Assembly: GCA_030141605.1 (NCBI GenBank)
Contig: JAQGDQ010002368.1
Location: forward strand, 868,001 to 932,000
Source: Tubiluchus corallicola
Lineage: Eukaryota > Animalia > Priapulida
DNA: 64,000 bases
Direction of reading: 5' to 3'
Both the position numbers and the translations under genes were made by a program. The notes beneath the pieces are model-generated. The model saw only the letters and a program-made list of their open reading frames with translations, was not told the origin of the DNA and made no database searches. Shown piece by piece: positions 13,443 through 25,885 of this stretch (position 1 is the stretch's first letter; each line of letters begins with the position of its first letter).

Positions 13443-16133
13443 ATTACAGTCGGACAGTACCTAAACAGTATGAAGTTACTACTTAATAAATTATATTAAC
13501 GACTGAAGTTAATTTTGACATCTTTATCATTATAATAAAAGACAATTTATTGCTTATCCTCATAGATAATAATATCACTAAGTAATCTGTAGGTAGGCTA
13601 CAGTACTATTACCGGCAAAAGTTAGCACCGCCATGCTAGAGTGTACCCTCTTGCTATCATTGCATGCTTTCTTGATAGGTCTTGACATTTTTGCGTATTT
13701 TTGTGCCAATACTTTGCTAAAATGGTGATAAATTATTGTGCCTTCTGTTGCACAATGGAGTCAAAGCCAAAGAATGTGACATTACCTTTCACTGATAACA
13801 TATTTTTTATTTGGCAAGTTTGGCACTTTGTTTGGTTTGCATAATTAATCGCACTTTGCATAATCTCATGTCTCTTCTTTGTTGCTGCATACGCATAATA
13901 AAATATTTTTTGTTAGGCATATTTTCTGCCTGATACATCTGTTATAATATAACTATATACCTGCTATGCTACTATGGGGAGACATCCTTAGAACTGATAA
14001 TGTAAACATATTTTTCTGGTTAATAAAACCTGAAAATGGTTAAAAGTTCGGTAAATTATAAAGAAAATATTTTCCTATCATAAACCAGCAGTTATTCGTG
14101 TGTCAACAGGGGAATATATGCTGCTGCTTTAATAGCAAAAATAGGTCGATGCTGCGTTCACGCAAAGGAACAAAAGTATAACTCATCCCACCGCGCGTTG
14201 CGTACATCCACCGATAGTTGTTTGAGTGAGTATAGCTTAACTAGCTTTACCTAGTAAAATATTATCTTTGACTATCCTATCTCTTTAAAAAAAACGCGAT
14301 ATTTACTTCAGTTTGTTCAATTCTTGGTTAAATTTAAACAAATAGTATACGGCAGGAACATAATAATTTCTGCATGTGAGCCGCCATGACAGAAAAACCT
14401 TCGCCACCTGTTGTAGACTTGTACAATCGCTCGGAAGAGTGATTCTCACACTTTTTCGCAGCTTTGATTTGCTTTTACACACTTAACCTCCTTTTTTATT
14501 TCTTTTTTCTATTGTGACTTCAATAAGCTTTGCATTCTTTCAAAATTTATACCTAAATCATACACACTTATAACTTCTCTAATTTCTGTCCTCCAACTTC
14601 TGGGAATGTTTAAATCACATAATATTATACAAAATAGCATCTTTCAGCACTTCTTTTATTATCAGATAACAGCACACTTCGGTACCACATTAATTCTTTA
14701 TAATGTGTTATTTGCCTTAAAAGCCATACTGCCCAGATCATCATTCCTCCTCAGTAGCTCGTAGATATTTTCTGTTTTATCATACGTTTTGGGGCTACTT
14801 TCTGCCATTTTTATACTTTCTTCATTGTTTGTTTCTATCAATTCACCTCCATATTGAAAATTAAACTAGGATCATTGTTGTTGTGTCGTACAATAACCAC
14901 CCTACTTTTATAGGCTCAGTTCATTCAGCATCAGATCGAGCTACTCCGATTCATAATACATGTATCATCATATTTTATTATGCCATGATGCTCCACTTTC
15001 TTACTTCTTTTCTCGCAGACATGTTATAACTTCCTGTTCCATTGATGTATTCAGGCCTATTTATATACGGCTGCCATTTTTAATTTTTGCTTTTTTAATA
15101 TTAAATACGTCAACACCTTTTATCTGGCTTTACTGACTACCATCTTTTGTGATTTTTCACAATTAATGTAAGACAGCACAGGTAAATTTAAAGCCTTTAA
15201 TCCTGTATGACATGTATGTACGTGTTGAGATCCACGATCAAATTCCCAAGTACCCAGCTTATGCTGCTATATATTATTATTGTTGTTGCTGTTGTTGTCG
15301 TTGTCATTGTTAACTAGTTGTTGTTGTTAACTTATCGTTGCTGTTTTGGAAAAAGCTAATTTTATAATTTTAAAATTTAATTATTAATGTTAGTTCAGTT
15401 AATTTACATTAAAATTTGCTGTACGAAAATGCAGTATTCAAACAGTGCTAACTGCTAAGGTGTTACAAACGTACACTATTATAATTATTATTAAAATGGT
15501 ACATTACTGATACTTTTTGAGGCTCTATAACTTTTAACTTTTTTAAAAAAATGATAAAATTTATAATTACTTTACATTAGTCTTTGCAAAAATACGTCTT
15601 CGAACTGTAAAGCCTACGTTAAAACTTTTCTTTTGCAGGGTCTGACTGCTTAGCCTTAGAAAAACGTCATTCAGTCCTGTTTAAAGGATTTCTAAGTATC
15701 GTATCGAGTAAGCCTACATATGCTACGTATTTAGCTTTATGTTATCATATTATTCATAGAGAAGTTGATGTTGACTTTGACAAATTTTTTACCAAATTTA
15801 TCTTGCAATAGAACAAGGCAGAATCATTCTGTGAAGCTTTTCGTGCATCGAAGAGCTAAAGTATCATTTGGCTAATTTTTCTCAAATCAAGTTGTAGCGA
15901 TTTTGAACTCATTGCCTGCATATGTTGATGGTGGCCCTTCGTAACTGCACAAAATATTAAGTTATTTAAAAGTCGTTTATATAAAGCTAGCTTGCGTAAA
16001 ATCCTTGTACACAATAGGCAGTTCGTCTGTTTGTGTCTTTACCACACTCTTGTAAATTATATTTGTATGTTTTTTGCTAACGTGTTTTACATATATTGTT
16101 TTTATTGTATACTGTATTTTACTATTGGGTGTG

Positions 16134-16163
16134 AATAAAATAAATAAATAAATAAATAAATAA
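16134..16163. repeat. (TAAA)n microsatellite
   Basis: Direct reading. Confidence 0.8.
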
Positions 16164-16323
16164 GCTATATAGTAACCTTTTACGTATGAGGTAATTATTA
16201 AAATCATATAGACCGAGTATCTGGCACTCATATGTAGGCGTCGAAACAAATGCAAATTGAAAAGAAATATTAACCATTTTGCGAGCACCGTACCTTTGTA
16301 CATATAGCTTCCGAGTTTGTATT

Positions 16324-17238
16324 TGTTGGGAGCCGTTTGGACCACTGCGCCAAGTAGACCACTTGATGCGCTAAAAGTAGTGTCCTACATGGGCAGCCCA
16401 AGTAGGACACTAGCGATTTTTGTCGAGAAACTTGCTCTGGCAAAACTTGTTTCCAGTTTATATTACCATTGTTTATAAGTATTGTTATGACATAATAAAG
16501 CATAAAACAAAATTTCTTTTAGAAATGGATATTCCTTGGCAATTTGCAAATGCATTTCTTACAATAATTTCATCATTATGATTAACTCCATTAATATATC
16601 ATAACATTAAACCTAGTATCTAATGCTTTAAAGAGAGAAATTCTGCACACAGTTATTACAGAAATAATTGCAAATTTAAAAATGAGACAGATGCTGCTAA
16701 GCCTTCACAACACCAAAAAGTAATTTTTAACATTTAAGAAAAGCAAGGATAATTAGTTTTAATATTATCAGTAGTATTGTAACATGTAGGGCACTGTCCT
16801 ACATGGCTCGCTAGCCCATGTAGGACACATAGATCGCTAGAACGTTTATTTATAAGAAAACAATTATTTGCCCAAGAGGTAGTGAAACGGATCACCTGTT
16901 TGTGAAGTGAGACAAAATCAAAAATGATATACCTTAAACAAATGTTGAATTCGCAAAAAAGTGGGGTTTTTTCACTTCAACAACATTAATATCGAAACCA
17001 AATTTAATATTGTCCGTTCTACCAGCTCAGAATAAAATTCTTTTATTTTATTAGATGTATAATAAATTATTCAACGTGTATTAACGTTTTTAATTATTAT
17101 TATTACATAAACAAGCACAACGGACGGTGTCAGTACACTTAACGACTGAATTCACGACCTGTCTCTAGTGTCCTACTTGGGCTAGCCCAAGTAGACCAAT
17201 TGGTCTACTTGGCGCAGTGGTCCAAACGGCTCCCAACA
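16324..17238. mobile_element. Non-autonomous TIR DNA element with TGT...ACA ends (Ginger2/TDD-like hallmarks)
   Basis: Perfect 38-bp TIRs (16324-16361 and 17201-17238); 5-bp TSD GTATT; three internal GTCCTAC-type hairpins; no transposase ORF. The superfamily is inferred only from termini and TSD length. Confidence 0.85.
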
Positions 17239-18529
17239 GTATTTATTTTGTGACTGATGACTGACTGTTAGTCATCTTGAGAGCAAATTGAAATCGATGC
17301 AGTTATTTTATCGTTTTTGTGATTTTTGCTTGTTTTAGAATTATTACGTAGTTTGACTAATCTAGATTTTGTGCTGTTTATGGTAATTAAGTTAAATTAA
17401 AAGTTAAGTGTAAGTACTATGTGCGGATTCGCCATAAATTTTGTTTAATGGTTAAATTTATAGGGTATGCGAGATTACTTATTTGGTATCATTGTGTGAA
17501 CTACATTCAGTCCTTTGTAAAAATGTAACCAAATAGTCTGTAATATTATTTTTAGGAAATAAATAACTTACTTATATAAGGAGTGTCATAATAAGTTATT
17601 GCACCACACATTTCTTTAAATTTTCTCCTTGTCATCCTGATTTTGTGCTAATAAAAGGATGTTTTTGTATTTTCTCTTTCCACTGCTCAACTGCAAGTAA
17701 GTAGTGACTACACATTGCTTGTTGTTAGTAATTAACGAATTATGTTAATTACTTCGTCTCTCCGTTACTTGTCCTTCTGTTACTAAAAAGTGCAAAATTA
17801 CTTTTTAATTTTTGATTCTATAATTCTTAGAGACTAGCATTTTCTTAAAAAGAAAAGTGTGTTGCTGCCAGGGCCGGCTCTACTGCTCGACAAACTAGAC
17901 AGTTACCTAGGACGTCAAGCAGTTCTTTAATTTTTAAGTCTAGCATAAGTATTAATACTATTCATGTGAAATTTTAAGTACACAACACCTTAACCAAATG
18001 AACCAAACTACATCATTTTTGGATTTCCTGTCAAAATGTAAGATTCATCGATGCTAGCAAGTATTTTTCCTAAGACTACGTCACACACTACTGATGCTTT
18101 TCTCTGCTTTCTGCTTGCAGTTTCTATCGTATGCATACAGCTGCAGGAAGTGCATATAGTAATGATTTTTCTGTTAAAAAAGTTTTTTTATATAGCAAAT
18201 AAACTTATAAGAATCAAAGTCTTCAGTTTACTAAATTGCAAGGAACAACAAGTTTATAGTAACACAGTGTAGAGTGACTATGATGTTAATTTAGTCCCTC
18301 AATCCATTACTTTATAGCATAACCTAGCAACTCTTAAGCACATTGTTCTAGGAGGGTTTATACTTTCATTCAGGTGCCACAGTCTCTCTATTACTGCTTG
18401 AGTTTGCCCACATATAAGTACAGCGAGGGTTCCTAGTGGGACGCCACTTTTTTCCTCGATTTTTATTTTTTCGCAAGACGTGTGCTTGGCACTAAATTCG
18501 AAGTGTTTCAATGCTAGCGAAACACAAAT

Positions 18530-19718
18530 TTATCATACCATTTATAAAACAAGCCTGTTAAAACAAGGCTTCTGAATATTACAAGGAAATTCCAAAGCCC
18601 GCTAAGTCTTAGTCTTAAATAATGTATTTAAACCGTGCTTACAGCAAGCTCTGATATTACAAAATATTGCTTATTATCAGGGAATTTTCTGGCCCCATGA
18701 TTGTATTTACCCTGCATATAACGAGCGCGAGTTCCAAAACACTGTGTTATGTGTATCAACTGTCAAGTACAGCACAATCATTCAGATGTGCTGGTGAGTC
18801 AACAGCTTAGTACAAACGCTGCTGTAATTATAACCTATAGACTGCAGGTAGAATGAAGCGAGCAGGATGAGTCAGAAAAACAACAAGTTTGTCAACGTGT
18901 TAGGAAGCTATCAGATGACAGTAAACAGTCAACTTGACAGCTCCTTAAATAAAGTGTTGCAAATTTAATGTGATGCAGACAACAACGACCAAAGCTGTTC
19001 TGCTTTGCAAAATAAATAATTCTGAGACTTTGCAAAGTTTAATTTTTAATAAAAATACCATTTTAAAATAGCACAGTGCTTTTATTTATAATTAAAGGAG
19101 TGTAGAGTTAATTATTAGACAACGTTTCAGCCCATGATGAAATGCTCATAATCAGTTATACTAAGCCTGTGCAGCTATTTAAATAAAAAAAAAACCAGCT
19201 TGCTAGAGTGCAGAGTTAATTATTAGGCAATGTTTCAGCCCATGATGAAATGCTCATAATCAGTTATACTAAGCCTGTACAGCTATTTAAATAAAAAAAC
19301 CAGCTATGCTTTCCGCCCACGCAGACATCCAGGCTCTTGCGCCGTTAACACCCACACAAAGCACTCAAATGTCTGCAAATGTCGCAATGAATGACAGTTG
19401 TGGTTTAGAAAAACAACTCGCTCAGTACTTTTATGCAGGTATTTATTGCATAAAATACTGCCTCTGTAATAGAAATAATAGAGTTTAGAGTTTACTCTTT
19501 CATGATGAAATATTTGCTGAACAGTGGCACTCATTAGAAAACTTATGCCAGTCTCAAAAGAAAGTGCTATGTCATCGTTTCATATCAGCCTTATGGGTTT
19601 CATTTCTATATAGCACACCCACTCACTCGGACAATTTGCCTCGGCTATAACGAGACTCTGTTATAGCGAGCAAATTTCGGCAGTCCCTTGAAACTCGTTA
19701 TAAATGGAATATACTCTA
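18530..19718. mobile_element. Degenerate pogo/Tigger-like non-autonomous element (copy 1)
   Basis: Left ~170 bp aligns with the reverse complement of 58520-58695. Right end has CTATAACGAG/CTCGTTATAA motifs typical of Tigger-like TIRs. Confidence 0.6.
19098..19305 (+). repeat. ~105-bp tandem duplication (also at 23986-24193)
   Basis: Two near-identical copies of GAGTGYAGAGTTAATTATTAG...AAAAAACCAGCT. Confidence 0.85.
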
Positions 19719-20325
19719 TTTGTATCTTCCTAGTCAGTAGTGGATTTTAACAGCAAGTCTACCAGGGTCAGTGGACCTTTAATTGATAAAAGACTGTGCT
19801 CGATAATGTATTTTCTTTATCGGCAAAAGGCAGTATAAATTATTAATACTAAAGGGGCATTAGTTTTAAATTCAACTCTTTTTCCTAAGTTGGTTCACAT
19901 TTTTGTTTTGAGTTTTTTCCTTTATGTTAATCCCATTACTGCATGCAATTTGGGAGCACATCCACAAGTATAACCAGAAAAGGATCAAAAGTCAAAACCA
20001 GTGACTGTGGCATCTAGTGAGCCTTCTAATAAAGGCTAATTACAAGTCCAACAATTTATTTTAGTTAAGTATATTCGACTTAAGTCAACGATGTTTACGA
20101 TATGCATGCCCATTAAGCTGATATAATTGTGTTGTATAAATTAAGTTTACTGTCACTCCGATACACATTTTTGTATGTATTAAATACTTAACTTTTATCA
20201 GTTGTGCAGAATAATCTTTTAGAAAACTGATTTACATGCTTTTGCATTTGAGTAGGAATGTTTGTAACCAATAGTTTTATATTTACAGATACATTTGCAA
20301 GTAAAAGTTTTCTACCACTGTCAAA

Positions 20326-20997
20326 ATGGATTGGTTATTTGGTCGAAGGAAAACACCAGAAGAAATGCTGAGGCAAAACCAGCGTGCCCTCAATAAAGCC
20401 ATGAGAGAATTAGACCGTGAGCGTACAAAAATGGAACAATCAGAAAAGAAGATTATAGCTGATATAAAGAAAATGGCTAAGCAAGGACAAATGGATGCAG
20501 TTAAAATAATGGCAAAGGACCTGGTTCGAACTCGTCGTTATTGTAAAAAATTTATGTTGATGAGAGCAAATATTCAGGCTGTGTCACTCAAAATTCAAAC
20601 ATTGAAATCGACAAATTCCATGGCTCAAGCTATGAAAGGTGTTACAAAAGCAATGACAAATATGAACAAGCAAATGAAGCTGCCTCAAATTCAAAAGATT
20701 ATGATGGAATTTGAAAAGCAGTCTGAAATTATGGATATGAAAGAGGAGATGATGGCTGATGTAATCGATGATGCAATGGGCGATGAGGAAGATGAAGAAG
20801 AAAGTGACGCTGTTGTTGCACAAGTATTGGATGAACTTGGTCTGCAAATGACAGATGAACTTTCCTCACTCCCACAGGCAGCTGGATCACTGAAAGCATC
20901 AACACTGCCAGGAGCACAACAGCCTGTGGCAGCCGGAGGAACTCCTGATGCAGATGATGATCTACAAGCCAGATTAAATAATCTCAGGAGAGAGTGA
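20326..20997 (+). CDS. CHMP2A: ESCRT-III subunit CHMP2A/Vps2, copy 1 (intronless CDS)
   Basis: 223 aa, MDWLFGRRKTPEEMLRQNQRALN...AVSLKIQTLKS...MIM motif DDDLQARLNNLRRE; closely matches the known CHMP2A sequence. A splice acceptor TTACAG ending at 20288 implies a 5'UTR intron. Confidence 0.97.
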   Translation: MDWLFGRRKTPEEMLRQNQRALNKAMRELDRERTKMEQSEKKIIADIKKMAKQGQMDAVKIMAKDLVRTRRYCKKFMLMRANIQAVSLKIQTLKSTNSMAQAMKGVTKAMTNMNKQMKLPQIQKIMMEFEKQSEIMDMKEEMMADVIDDAMGDEEDEEESDAVVAQVLDELGLQMTDELSSLPQAAGSLKASTLPGAQQPVAAGGTPDADDDLQARLNNLRRE

Positions 20998-23417
20998 AAG
21001 TAATCTATTTCTACTTTGCATTATGTGAAAATAAAACAGCCTTTGACAACTGGAGTCAAGTTTTTATTTACTGAGAATAGTTAGGTTACTTGTAGATTCG
21101 GATATAAAAATTCTGTCAGGTACAGTCAAAGACTTCAATTTTACGGTATTCTTGTGTCGCCAAATTGTCATTATCTGCAATTATGAAACTTGTTTTACAT
21201 AATGTACATTACTGAGTAAACAACATAAACAGCATTTCCTTGTGTGCATTATACTCTGCATGTCGGTATGGCACCATATTGAAAGATTAAGTTGTAAAAA
21301 TGTGATATATTAATTAGTTTTTATATGACCAACATTGAACTCTGATAGCTAATGCATTGATATTGACATGCTAGTCTGAATTTTTTTTGTTGTTGTCTTC
21401 ATCAGTCAAGTTCGGATTATTTCAGTGTAATGTCATGTCTTATCATCAACACCATGTGAACAATTTCTTCAAATTTGTTTATTTGGTTTTCATATGTGTG
21501 CTCAACAAACCAAAACTGTCCATAAGTTGGCATAGTTCAAGCTATGTTACAATGACTCAAAATAACATGTAGAAAAATTGGGTCAATATCAGTTATTTTT
21601 ACAAAAATAAACGCTAAATTTACTGGGCTTCATAACTGTAACTGCAGTGTTCTTTTACAAAGTCCACTTTTAGCAACCACTTTTCCATACGTTGATAGTG
21701 TTTTTGTAGAAATGTGACAAAAAAATGGCAAACTTCAGGACCGCTTTTGTCAAAATAATGTTTTTCATGATGCAGCATGCACCTCAACGTTGACATCTGT
21801 GCTTAGAAATAATGTAGAGTAATGGCCAATGAGCTAGGTATCAAAGTGGAAAATCAGGAAGTGTGAATAACTAGGAATGCCTACCTGCCGACTTATGGAC
21901 GTTTTTCCTATGCAAACAGGATTGTGAACAAGTCAGTAGTTGATACCTTATATGCATAGTCTCATCAACAGAAACCAATGCATATAGTGTTGCATAGCCT
22001 GGTTAATTTTTTCCTGGCCAGTTTGTTACTAAACAGTGTATGTCTTTCTCTAAGCAACATACCACATTAAAGGTGTATGTATGAAACATCAGTGTTGAGG
22101 TTAAAATTATCACTCCTGTTCATTAGACCTTTGGTTTTGAAATTATTTCTACATGCAGTTATTTTTAATTATTAATCATGTATGTGTATATGGTTAAAAA
22201 TTAGTTTTATTTGATTCATTCTTTTAGATAAAACTGATCTAATAATTAGAAAATTTGTAAATTTAGCAAATAAAAAATGTAATAATTTTCAGTTGAATGA
22301 TGTGGGTTTACTGTGGTAACGACTTTAGGTGAGAAAGCCAATTTTTAATGGCTTCAGTCTTCTAACCAGTAAGAGTGAACATTGTTAAAAATTTAGTGTA
22401 GAAAAATTTTATTCAAATAGTTATAGCTGGAATTGTAGAGTAACCTAGTGGCGCAACAGCTGTCGCTGTGTATGATAACCAGCATTAGCAATCAGTTGAA
22501 ATTTCGATTCAATTGAAAATTATTTCGATCTTAGTTATGTAATGAAATGTCTCATAAAGTGCATTTTACATGTAAACTTTATACTGAGTAACACTCCTGA
22601 GTGAAAGCCCACAAAGTAAATACTGAGATAAGTTCAACATTTATTTGCAGTTGTACAGTGTACAACGTTACCTACGATTACAATTGCAATTCCTGGTAAT
22701 AGCACTGCAAAAAGTAGCCCATGTCCAGTGGCTGTTTGTTCCTAGCTGCTTTCTTCAGTAATATTTGGATTTACTTACATTCCATTTCTTTCTTACATGC
22801 TTAGCATTACAGTGGCTGAGTCATCATAATAGAACAGCTAACTACTGTGTAGGCTGCTGGGTGTCAGTGTGGAGAATCTAGGTAACCATTGAAACAGCAA
22901 GGCATGAAAATCATTAAACATGACTAATGAAGGAACATATTTTCGTAATTTAGTGATAAAATACATTTATTACCACTGGTATACTCAATCACTTGAAGCA
23001 AAATGTCTTCATTCGTCTTTAAACATAACTTATCTGGATAAAAACAATCAGTCACAAACCAATTTTTTCTTTTTTTTATATAGCAAATAAACTTATAAGA
23101 ATCAAAGTCTTCAGTTTACTAAATTGCAAGGAACAACAAGTTTATAGTAACACAGTGTAGAGTGACTATGATGTTAATTTAGTCCCTCAATCCATTACTT
23201 TATAGCATAACCTAGCAACTCTTAAGCACATTGTTCTAGGAGGGTTTATACTTTCATTCAGGTGCCACAGTCTCTCTATTACTGCTTGAGTTTGCCCACA
23301 TATAAGTACAGCGAGGGTTCCTAGTGGGACGCCACTTTTTTCCTCGATTTTTATTTTTTCGCAAGACGTGTGCTTGGCACTAAATTCGAAGTGTTTCAAT
23401 GCTAGCGAAACACAAAT

Positions 23418-24606
23418 TTATCATACCATTTATAAAACAAGCCTGTTAAAACAAGGCTTCTGAATATTACAAGGAAATTCCAAAGCCCGCTAAGTCTTAG
23501 TCTTAAATAATGTATTTAAACCGTGCTTACAGCAAGCTCTGATATTACAAAATATTGCTTATTATCAGGGAATTTTCTGGCCCCATGATTGTATTTACCC
23601 TGCATATAACGAGCGCGAGTTCCAAAACACTGTGTTATGTGTATCAACTGTCAAGTACAGCACAATCATTCAGATGTGCTGGTGAGTCAACAGCTTAGTA
23701 CAAACGCTGCTGTAATTATAACCTATAGACTGCAGGTAGAATGAAGCGAGCAGGATGAGTCAGAAAAACAACAAGTTTGTCAACGTGTTAGGAAGCTATC
23801 AGATGACAGTAAACAGTCAACTTGACAGCTCCTTAAATAAAGTGTTGCAAATTTAATGTGATGCAGACAACAACGACCAAAGCTGTTCTGCTTTGCAAAA
23901 TAAATAATTCTGAGACTTTGCAAAGTTTAATTTTTAATAAAAATACCATTTTAAAATAGCACAGTGCTTTTATTTATAATTAAAGGAGTGTAGAGTTAAT
24001 TATTAGACAACGTTTCAGCCCATGATGAAATGCTCATAATCAGTTATACTAAGCCTGTGCAGCTATTTAAATAAAAAAAAAACCAGCTTGCTAGAGTGCA
24101 GAGTTAATTATTAGGCAATGTTTCAGCCCATGATGAAATGCTCATAATCAGTTATACTAAGCCTGTACAGCTATTTAAATAAAAAAACCAGCTATGCTTT
24201 CCGCCCACGCAGACATCCAGGCTCTTGCGCCGTTAACACCCACACAAAGCACTCAAATGTCTGCAAATGTCGCAATGAATGACAGTTGTGGTTTAGAAAA
24301 ACAACTCGCTCAGTACTTTTATGCAGGTATTTATTGCATAAAATACTGCCTCTGTAATAGAAATAATAGAGTTTAGAGTTTACTCTTTCATGATGAAATA
24401 TTTGCTGAACAGTGGCACTCATTAGAAAACTTATGCCAGTCTCAAAAGAAAGTGCTATGTCATCGTTTCATATCAGCCTTATGGGTTTCATTTCTATATA
24501 GCACACCCACTCACTCGGACAATTTGCCTCGGCTATAACGAGACTCTGTTATAGCGAGCAAATTTCGGCAGTCCCTTGAAACTCGTTATAAATGGAATAT
24601 ACTCTA
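23418..24606. mobile_element. pogo/Tigger-like element, duplicated copy
   Basis: Copy of 18530-19718 at +4888. Confidence 0.6.
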
Positions 24607-25213
24607 TTTGTATCTTCCTAGTCAGTAGTGGATTTTAACAGCAAGTCTACCAGGGTCAGTGGACCTTTAATTGATAAAAGACTGTGCTCGATAATGTATT
24701 TTCTTTATCGGCAAAAGGCAGTATAAATTATTAATACTAAAGGGGCATTAGTTTTAAATTCAACTCTTTTTCCTAAGTTGGTTCACATTTTTGTTTTGAG
24801 TTTTTTCCTTTATGTTAATCCCATTACTGCATGCAATTTGGGAGCACATCCACAAGTATAACCAGAAAAGGATCAAAAGTCAAAACCAGTGACTGTGGCA
24901 TCTAGTGAGCCTTCTAATAAAGGCTAATTACAAGTCCAACAATTTATTTTAGTTAAGTATATTCGACTTAAGTCAACGATGTTTACGATATGCATGCCCA
25001 TTAAGCTGATATAATTGTGTTGTATAAATTAAGTTTACTGTCACTCCGATACACATTTTTGTATGTATTAAATACTTAACTTTTATCAGTTGTGCAGAAT
25101 AATCTTTTAGAAAACTGATTTACATGCTTTTGCATTTGAGTAGGAATGTTTGTAACCAATAGTTTTATATTTACAGATACATTTGCAAGTAAAAGTTTTC
25201 TACCACTGTCAAA

Positions 25214-25885
25214 ATGGATTGGTTATTTGGTCGAAGGAAAACACCAGAAGAAATGCTGAGGCAAAACCAGCGTACCCTCAATAAAGCCATGAGAGAATTA
25301 GACCGTGAGCGTACAAAAATGGAACAATCAGAAAAGAAGATTATAGCTGATATAAAGAAAATGGCTAAGCAAGGACAAATGGATGCAGTTAAAATAATGG
25401 CAAAGGACCTGGTTCGAACTCGTCGTTATTGTAAAAAATTTATGTTGATGAGAGCAAATATTCAGGCTGTGTCACTCAAAATTCAAACATTGAAATCGAC
25501 AAATTCCATGGCTCAAGCTATGAAAGGTGTTACAAAAGCAATGACAAATATGAACAAGCAAATGAAGCTGCCTCAAATTCAAAAGATTATGATGGAATTT
25601 GAAAAGCAGTCTGAAATTATGGATATGAAAGAGGAGATGATGGCTGATGTAATCGATGATGCAATGGGCGATGAGGAAGATGAAGAAGAAAGTGACGCTG
25701 TTGTTGCACAAGTATTGGATGAACTTGGTCTGCAAATGACAGATGAACTTTCCTCACTCCCACAGGCAGCTGGATCACTGAAAGCATCAACACTGCCAGG
25801 AGCACAACAGCCTGTGGCAGCCGGAGGAACTCCTGATGCAGATGATGATCTACAAGCCAGATTAAATAATCTCAGGAGAGAGTGA
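25214..25885 (+). CDS. CHMP2A: CHMP2A copy 2 (A21T variant)
   Basis: Protein identical to copy 1 except GCC>ACC at 25274 (vs 20386). Intact ORF. Confidence 0.93.
   Translation: MDWLFGRRKTPEEMLRQNQRTLNKAMRELDRERTKMEQSEKKIIADIKKMAKQGQMDAVKIMAKDLVRTRRYCKKFMLMRANIQAVSLKIQTLKSTNSMAQAMKGVTKAMTNMNKQMKLPQIQKIMMEFEKQSEIMDMKEEMMADVIDDAMGDEEDEEESDAVVAQVLDELGLQMTDELSSLPQAAGSLKASTLPGAQQPVAAGGTPDADDDLQARLNNLRRE

Noticed and set aside
17868-17918. CAGGGCCGGCTCTA hAT-like terminus
   Set aside because: No partner TIR or TSD found; too short to call.
18299-18511. 70-aa minus ORF present twice
   Set aside because: Repeated only through the segmental duplication; no motif.
19098-19305. CRISPR-like or satellite array
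   Set aside because: Only two adjacent copies with no spacers, in a eukaryotic context.
20584-20917. Antisense ORFs within CHMP2A (also 25472-25805)
   Set aside because: Shadow frames of a real CDS with no motifs.
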